This document shows, in pieces, positions 24,168 to 32,066 of a DNA stretch of 32,066 nt. Both the position numbers and the translations under genes were made by a program. Numbering within the stretch: position 1 is the stretch's first letter; each line of letters begins with the position of its first letter. This stretch comes from Tubiluchus corallicola (taxonomy: Eukaryota; Animalia; Priapulida): NCBI GenBank assembly GCA_030141605.1, contig JAQGDQ010001626.1, positions 1 through 32,066 of the forward strand, written 5' to 3'. The notes under the pieces were generated by a model. That model was given only the letters and a program-made list of their open reading frames with translations. It did no database searches and had not been told where the DNA came from.

Positions 24168-24600
24168 CTATGAATTCTATAACAATCTAAAAAGACTTAA
24201 AGTTCTCCAATGCCTTTACTAATCTTAAACTTTGGCAGCTAGAGTTGCTTAGGCCTAATCCCTTGTGAATTCTATAACAATCTAAAAACACTTAAAGTTT
24301 TCCAATGCCTTTACTAATCTTCAACATTGGCAGCTACAGTTAAATAGGCCTAATCCCTATGAATTCTATAACAATTTAAAAAGACTTAAAGTTCTTCAAT
24401 GCCTTTACTAATCTTCAACATTGGCAGCTAGGGTTGAATAGGCCTGCCCCTATGAATTCTATAACAATCTGAAAAGACTTAAAGTTCTCCAATGCCTTTA
24501 TTAATCTTCAACATTGGCAGCTAGCGTTGAATAGGCCTACCCCCTATGAACTCTATAACGGTTTAAAAACCATTCAGATTTCACCAAAACCTTTATTAAA
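24168..24600. repeat. ~94-bp tandem repeat, about 4.5 copies
   Basis: TGAA(T/C)TCTATAAC recurs at ~24171, 24266, 24360, 24453 and 24547. Confidence 0.92.
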
Positions 24601-24857
24601 TGAGTCCAACACGTTTTTGCATATTAAAGCCTCCGTCGGGATCTAAAATTAAACGAGTTATAAATGGCTAAACGACATTTTTGCATTGTAAGTAAAAATT
24701 ACATGGTGAACTAATAAAAGTATAGCCAGGCTTACCATTATTATAAAACATTTTTTCACAAAACTACACTAAGCATTTTAATAAGAATATATTAGGTATG
24801 CACGTATTGAAAGCTATTGAATAGTGTGCACTGCATCTATGAATTATCCTGTATAAA

Positions 24858-25095
24858 TGTGAAAAATCATACGAAATATCACACAGTTTCTGCAAAATTA
24901 AAGCTGTGCTTTGCATTAGTACCTTTAGCGTAAATGCCGTTTGTCAGTTGTAATAACAGTGTTAAAGCAATAATGATTGAGTATTTTACTTCAAATACAC
25001 CAACAGATGACACTGCTGTGCAGTCGACTAACTAATATAGAAAAGCTTCATTTGAAAATGAGTAACGACACAAAAATTACGAAAAAAGTTGATCG
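24858..25095 (+). pseudogene. degenerate duplicate of the receptor's signal-peptide exon
   Basis: Colinear with ~23137-23372 (e.g. GAGTATTT.ACTTCAAATACACCA..AGATG.CACTGCT); in-frame TAA at 24931 and 25033. Confidence 0.8.
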
Positions 25096-25172
25096 AGATT
25101 GCCAACGAGAGAATTTGTCAAATGTCAACTTCATCAAACTCTTGACATGTTAACTCGCTATAATAGGGGCTA

Positions 25173-25293
25173 CAACTTCATATCCAGTGCATTTAGGTGA
25201 GCAACTTCATGTCCAGTGCATTTAGGTGAGCAACTTCATGTCCAGTGCATTTAGGTGAGCAACTTCATATCCACTGCATTTAGGTGAGCAACC
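25173..25293. repeat. 29-bp tandem repeat x4
   Basis: Unit CAACTTCATRTCCAGTGCATTTAGGTGAG, with no spacers. Confidence 0.93.
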
Positions 25294-26297
25294 AGTTTAA
25301 TTTTGTCACAGGATCTGCTATGTTTAATATAGTTATAACTATAAATATATAACTATACAACAAAATATAATTAGAATTATAATTAACTGTAAATATCGTT
25401 GTAATAAACGATAAATATATTTTAACCGTAGATTTAGCTTATAAAAGAATGTCATTGTTAACATAATAATAATAATAATAATAATAAATATGACTGATAA
25501 TACAATAATCAATATAAGTAGTTTAAGTAAGACGACTGGTGACATATTGAATGTAAATAAAAACCATTGTTAACATAACAACATACAGTAGTTTGTCTTA
25601 TCGTGATACACGAAATCAGCATTTACAGCATTCGGTTTTGCATTCAAATTTTGTAAAAATCAAAAATTTTGCTATTAGTCGTAAAAGTGAGATTATTAAA
25701 AAGCAAAGTTTAGAGGAACACTAAGTTTTGTTAGCATGATTTTAAAACGGTAAATCCTGGTGCTATTTTATCTCTGGAAAAGAAGCTAGAATACCTCTTT
25801 CCCTGCTGGGGTGTCCGTTACACAGAGTACAAGCTACGCACGTTCAAAATTCATGTTTCGTACGTTTAACAAACCTTAGTGCTTGCTGTATGATCTCTAA
25901 AAATTATCTTTCTACGACAAAATTCGACTGGCGTAGTTAGCAAACATGCATGGGAACCCACAATATGACTCCGCATAGCACATCTGATATACTTGATAAA
26001 GTAATGTTGTTGTTATAGAGCTAAGATAAGAAAGTCAAGTATGCACTACATGTTGTTTGTGAGACTGTCTCTCAAAAATGAAAACGCGTTAACTATAATC
26101 CACAATGGAATATGAATATACATGTATTTTTTATTGATGTAGCATGTGATTTAGGGCAGTGCTATGCAACTTGGGTGGATAGTCTATAGTGTTATAGTGG
26201 ACGAGATTAAGTGAGGGGTGGACAGCTGTCTAGGGGTGGACTACTGGGTGGACGAGATTCTCACCTGTATGTGTCTGTATAATTAACAAGAGACTCT

Positions 26298-26441
<144 letters not shown>

Positions 26442-26650
26442 CTATATTTCTTAAGATACATACTACAAATACATATTTACCTATTGTAACATCGAGGCTG
26501 CCACCTCGCTTACTCGCAAGACCCTGATAGTACAACCACGCGAGGGACTAAATTTTAGGGTATAAACGCATCTAGTTTGGGATAGTGTGAAACAAGCTTA
26601 ATACTAGAAAATGTTTTGGTCCTTTGAAAATCGTATTACCGGGATTCGAC

Positions 26651-27080
26651 TCAATTCAATTCAATTTATCTATTTATTTATTTTGGAAACTAAAGTCCAT
26701 AAAACATAAACAGACAAGGATATAAAGAAATTCTACTAAAAACTAACTTTAAAACTTATTTACAATATCATATATGAGTACGTTATGTACTAACAAATAA
26801 AATTCTTCTCCATTTGCTAAAAATATAAGAAATCATACTGATATCAGAATTGAAAATGCGTTGTAGTAAAATCTAATCTAATCGATTAACCTAATCGATT
26901 TTTAAAAGAATATACAACTTTTCGTATAAATTGTAAAATTGTAAAAAGATGAGAGTTAAGTTCCAGGCAGCTAGTGGCAATAAACTTAACAAAACATTGA
27001 ATGAGTTGCATTGAAAGCAGGAATTTAATTTTTTATCAAAGTATCAATTGAGGAAAATGTTAGAAATGTTGTGTCTTTTT
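26651..27080 (-). mobile_element. possible degraded LINE (CR1/L2-like) 3' end
   Basis: The minus strand ends in AATAAA-like motifs and a short (TTGAA)n tail; a TGGAAC (W-N) motif lies near 26965. Weak evidence. Confidence 0.3.
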
Positions 27081-27120
27081 AAATTAATTGCTTTGTCTTC
27101 TTGTATGTAAATAACATCTG

Positions 27121-27560
<440 letters not shown>

Positions 27561-27941
27561 GTTACGTCAAAATGATTAATTTGCAAGCTGACACACATTT
27601 GACTATTGCTACAATGAAAATAGCTTTCTTATACAGTTGTGGTAGGTAACTTTCAGTTGTTTAATAATTGTAATAGGCCTTGTAGATTTACGGATGGCTA
27701 TATAGGGTTTGTCTGCACGTCTGTTTGTCCGATTCTATCAGCGATCGGTTTACTTTTGAGTGAGATTTTTTTGTAAATTAAACTATAAGCCAACAACTGC
27801 CCTATTGAAGTTATGGCATCAATAAAATAATGGACAGCTTTGGAAATGTAAAATGTCTTTCTGGGCTATTAAAACATGCGAGAGAATCTCGGCTGAATGA
27901 GGTGTCAAATCAGTTACCACAAGATTCAAAGTCACGGTTCA

Positions 27942-28252
27942 TGGAATGCCAAAGAGGAATTTAATGCTTATTTTTAATATTAATAAATCAATTTTGAGTA
28001 GTCATAATTTATTTTTTAATATTAATGAAGCAACTTCGAATAATGTTAATCATTATTAATATTCATTAATAATCCTTATTATTTTAATTAATAATTATTA
28101 GTCATTATAAATCATATTTATTAATTAATATTAATAAATGCGTGATTTTTAATATTAAAATGGTTTATTAATATTATTAAATGAATTACGAATATTCAAA
28201 ATTGATTTATTAATATTCGAAGATAAGCATTAGATTCCACTTTGACGTTGCA
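27942..28252. mobile_element. AT-rich foldback/MITE-like element
   Basis: CAAAGAGGAATTTAATGCTTA (27950-27970) pairs with TAAGCATTAGATTCCACTTTG (28224-28244); the interior consists of TTAATATTAAT-like palindromic units. Confidence 0.65.
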
Positions 28253-28389
28253 CACATTTCAGTCTCGTCACATATTTAGTCACTTTTAGTCACTTGCTGT
28301 TTTAAAAAATTCAACAACTGTCGTTTTTACTTCAATAATTATTACTGTTCATACTTCATATACATTCCATCCTCACTTTTGCCTTTCAG

Positions 28390-28600
28390 TGTTACAAATG
28401 GATAAGCGGATGCGGCAGGCGCGCGAAAGTACGAAAGGGTTGTACGTGGATCTCAGACAAACTCTCTCCCTCTAGTATGTGGTATCATCCGGGATCGAAT
28501 TACTCGACAGATGGCAGCACATTCACCACATTATTATGTGACACAGATTTCTGCAACGAAAAGGCGAACGTCGTGTTACGTCACGAATGTCCAGCCTTCG
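28390..28600 (+). CDS. type I receptor ectodomain exon with cysteine box
   Basis: Acceptor ttttgcctttcag; CYKWISGCGRRAKVRKGCTW...TLLCDTDFCNEK...HECPAF; donor G|gtaaag; phase 0-1. Not in the ORF track. Confidence 0.88.
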
Positions 28601-28977
28601 GTAAAGTTGTCTTTGTTGAAAATATCTGTAAGAAACGCCAGTGATAACAGCTTAATATTTCACTAATGACTATCAAATTAAGAATTATTGGACTCACAAT
28701 GCTCAGTAAGCATGCGCACAATGTTCACTAAACAAGGAGTTCAACTCTGGAATGCCCTGCCATGAAATTTAAAACAAATCAAGTCTTTCTTCGAATTCAA
28801 ATCAAAATTAAAAATACATACATTAAATCGTTTTGAAAACCCTACATACGTTAATGATAATATATATTCATCCGCAAATTTTATTTACCCACGTCCATTT
28901 TAAATTGTATGTATATATTGCATATAGATTATAATATTATAATTTGCGTGTAACAATGGTTATTATTAACCAGTATA

Positions 28978-28994
28978 CAATAATAATAATAGTA

Positions 28995-29029
<35 letters not shown>

Positions 29030-29240
29030 AATGATGATGATTATGGTGATGATTATGATTATGATGATGATGATGATGATGATAATGATGATGATGATTA
29101 TGATGATGTTGTTGTTGTTGTTGTTGTTGTTATTGATGGTGACAATGACAACGATGACGAAAATGACAATGATAATGATGACGAAGATGATAATGACGAT
29201 GATGATCATGATGACGTCGATGATGATAATGGTGATTGGA
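28978..29240. repeat. (ATG)n/(TTG)n degenerate microsatellite
   Basis: Directly visible. Confidence 0.92.
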
Positions 29241-29280
29241 ATGCTGAACTGCTTCTGTTAATTTTTTAATTTTATTTCAG

Positions 29281-29420
29281 TAGAATTGAGCAGGGTCTGG
29301 TTAATATTTGGCTGTGCACTGATTACTGGGATTCTATTCTGCACTTTAGGAGTCTGCTATAAAAAGCGTTTAAAATTTCTTTTCTGGAACTCTAAAGCAC
29401 TTCGGGATAATGAAAAGATG
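29281..29420 (+). CDS. type I receptor transmembrane exon
   Basis: Acceptor ttttatttcag; VELSRVWLIFGCALITGILFCTLGVCYKKRLK...EKM (hydrophobic helix plus basic stop-transfer); donor ATG|gttaga; phase 1-0. Confidence 0.88.
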
Positions 29421-29587
29421 GTTAGACTTTTTCGTAACACTTCTGATTTGTTTTAGTAAAGCGGCTAAAATGTCAAAAATTGGTTCGTTTTAAGAAAGCA
29501 TACTTTTTTACTATTCTTTTCATAATTGTAGCAGTAACTGCAGTATGCAAACAGAATTTTCAGCGTTTTTCGTGGTCTTAGAGACAT

Positions 29588-29879
29588 ATGATGACGATGA
29601 TGATGATGATGATGATGATGATGACGACGACGACGACAATGATGATGTTGATGATGATGATGATGATGGTGGTGATGGTGGTTTAGGTGGTGGTGGTGGT
29701 GGTGGAGGAGGTGATAGTGGTGTTGATGATGATGATGATAGTGGTGGTGGTGATGTTGGTGGAGGTGGCGGTGGTGGTGGTGGTGCTTTAGGTGGTGGTG
29801 GTGGTGGTTGTGGTAGTGATGGTGGTGGTGGGGGTAGTGGTGGTTTTGCTGGCGTTTGTGGTGATGGCAATGATGATGG

Positions 29880-29925
<46 letters not shown>

Positions 29926-29930
29926 ACTGA
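29588..29930. repeat. (GAT)n/(GGT)n low-complexity repeat
   Basis: Directly visible; intronic. Confidence 0.93.
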
Positions 29931-30080
29931 TGCTCAAATGTTACAAGAGCTGCTAAAATTCTGATAATTTATTATAATTTTTATTATGATATACATTGTA
30001 AAGTTGAAGCACTATATAAATACGTAGTATCGATGTAATACTTGTTGGTACTTTTGGTACTTTGAACATTTCCTACGCAG

Positions 30081-30216
30081 AATACTTTTGAGCCAATAAC
30101 TGAGAAGCTGATGAGTGATTTCGAAACTTCCATTTCTGGAAGCGGATCTGGATCTGGACCAACTGTGATTGCAGATAGGAAGTTTCACCAAGACATTTCG
30201 CTATTAAAACTTATAG
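30081..30216 (+). CDS. type I receptor GS-box exon
   Basis: Acceptor tttcctacgcag; NTFEPITEKLMSDFETSISGSGSGSGPTVIADRKFHQDISLLKLIG; donor ATAG|gtaatg; phase 0-1. The SGSGSG box is diagnostic of type I receptors. Confidence 0.92.
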
Positions 30217-30853
30217 GTAATGAAACCTTATTGATATCCTGGTTAAACTTATAGGCAACGAAATATTGTTGATGTCTTATTTAAACTTATATGTAATAAA
30301 ACATTATTGATGTCTTATTTAAACTTATATGTAATAAAACATTATTGATGTCTTATTTAAACTTATATGTAATAAAACATTATTGATGTCTTATTTAAAC
30401 TTATATGTAATAAAACATTATTGATGTCTTATTTAAACTTATATGTAATAAAACATTATTGATGTCTTATTTAAACTTATATGTAATGAAACATTATTGA
30501 TGTTTCGTTTAAACTTACAGGTAATGAAACATTATTAATGTCTCATTTAAACATATAGGAAATGAAACAATATTGATGTCCCATTTAAACATATAGGAAT
30601 TGAAACATTATTGATGTCCCATTTAAACATATAGGAAATGAAACATTATTGATGTCCCATTTAAACATATAGGAATTGAAACATTATTGATGTCCCATTT
30701 AAACATATAGGAAATGAAACATTATTGATGTCTCATTTAAACATATAGGGAATGAAACATTATTGATGTCCCATTTAAGCATATAGGAAATGAAACTTTA
30801 TTGATGTCTCATTTAAACATATAGGAAATGAAACTTTATTGATGTCTCATTTA
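30204..30853. repeat. 38-bp minisatellite, about 17 copies, starting inside the GS exon
   Basis: Unit TTAAACTTATAGGTAATGAAACATTATTGATGTCCCAT and variants. Confidence 0.95.
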
Positions 30854-31181
30854 GTCTAATAATTGCAGCAACGGCTTGTTATCTGCAAAAATCAACGCGT
30901 CTATAGGCAAAGCTATAATAATTAATGATCATAAGATGTTAATGTGCAGGCAGTTTCTACAAGTATCTTTGGTAAATCATTTCGTTTGAAAATATTTAAA
31001 AAGTATGAGTGTTCTAACGAAATATGTTAGATGTTTCTTTTGTAAATGTAAACAAACAAATTCAAACTAACAGCAACCAGAGGCTTGGGCTTGATTAAAT
31101 CTGTCCTAAACTAGATGCCAACATCGTCATCGTTTTATGTTGCGCTTGCATGGACTGAAGCTATTTTTTACGTGCATTTAG

Positions 31182-31337
31182 GAAGAGGCGGGAATTGTCA
31201 AATGTGCCCGATCTGGAAAGGCAGATATCAGAACAGTGAAGTGGCCGTGAAGATCTATTCAACCTTAAATGAGGTGGCGTTCTTAAGGGAGAGACGAATT
31301 TATGAAAGTCCATTGATATCTCACGAAAATGTCCTCG
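31182..31337 (+). CDS. type I receptor kinase N-lobe exon (gene continues beyond window)
   Basis: Acceptor catttag; GRGGNCQMCPIWKGRYQNSEVAVKIYSTLNEVAFLRERRIYESPLISHENVLG (VAVK lysine, alphaC Glu, HEN motif); donor G|gtaaaa; phase 1-1. Confidence 0.92.
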
Positions 31338-31713
31338 GTAAAAGCAATTTTTATGTATTAGTATGTACTAGCACTAACCACACTGCCCCATGCATTGCTT
31401 GCTGAAAAGAATGTATTAGATCAAGCTCAAATTTAATGTGTGTTCACTGTCTCAGCTGTACCCAGTCCTCTCGTCTCATTGCTATCACCTGGACATAAAA
31501 AAATTTAGATTTGTGACATTTTGTTAGGAATCTTGATTTATTTGTTACGACAATAAACTGAATTACTTAATATGTATATAATTACTTCATTCAGTCTATT
31601 GTCATCACAAATAAAGCACTATGTTTAGCATGATTTCACAAATCTAAACGTTTTTATGCCCAGGTGATAGCAATGAGGCGAAAAGACTAGGTAAAGTTTT
31701 TTCTGATGTCAAT

Positions 31714-32008
31714 TTAAACTTATAGGTAATGAAACATTACTGATGTCCCACTTATACTTATAGGTAGTGAAACATTATTGCATGTCCCATCTAAAGTTAT
31801 AGGTAATGAAACATTATTGATGTTCCAATTAAACTTATAGGTAATGAAACATTATTGATGTCCCATTTAAACTTATAGGTAATGAAACATTATTGATGTC
31901 CCATTTAAAGTTATAGGTAATGAAACATTATTGATGTCCCATTTAAACTTATAGGTAATGAAACATTATTGATGTCCCATTTAAACTTATAGGTAATGAA
32001 ACATTATT
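31714..32008. repeat. second array of the 38-bp minisatellite (~8 copies) within a larger repeat unit
   Basis: Same unit; flanked by the direct repeat GATTTCACAAATCTAAA.GTTTTTATGCCCAGGTGATAG at ~31632-31670 and ~32025-32063. Confidence 0.93.
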
Positions 32009-32066
32009 AAGCAGTATAGTCAGCGATTTCACAAATCTAAAAGTTTTTATGCCCAGGTGATAGTAA

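Noticed and set aside
25735-25940. Cys-containing open stretch in receptor intron 1 resembling an extra ectodomain exon
   Set aside because: Exons ending 23596 and starting 28390 already join in frame (phase 0). This segment has a weak acceptor, and its best donor (gtacgt at 25860) would shift the frame.
29520-29964. Asp/Gly-rich and Pro/Ser-rich ORFs; likewise the poly-amino-acid ORFs at 22533-22868, 26230-26535, 27084-27598 and 28937-29261
   Set aside because: Translations of microsatellites; the flanking receptor exons join in frame without them.

Overview
Eukaryotic (invertebrate animal-like), AT-rich, intron- and repeat-rich genomic DNA with two + strand spliced genes. (1) A Shaw/Kv3-family voltage-gated K+ channel. 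Core coding exons 550-1056, 6646-7564 (or 7573), 14025-14192 and 18633-18856 give about 605 aa. The C-terminal region appears to carry a complex alternative-splicing module: tandem donors, a 19-nt + 44-nt frame-compensating exon pair, and a stop-containing exon followed by a dense TGCATG (RBFOX) cluster. (2) The 5' part of a divergent TGF-beta-superfamily type I receptor Ser/Thr kinase (exons ~23060-23596, 28390-28600, 29281-29420, 30081-30216, 31182-31337), continuing beyond the window. Its GS region naturally carries Asp at the position of the engineered activating ALK2 Q207D / ALK5 T204D change, lacks the Leu-Pro FKBP12 site, and is followed by a CxxC-containing glycine-rich loop. Introns hold many non-autonomous DNA transposons (TTAA-, TA- and 8-bp-TSD types), LINE fragments, minisatellites and microsatellites. 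Most short ORFs in the track are repeat artefacts. All exon calls were made by eye from splice signals and frame continuity, without transcript data.
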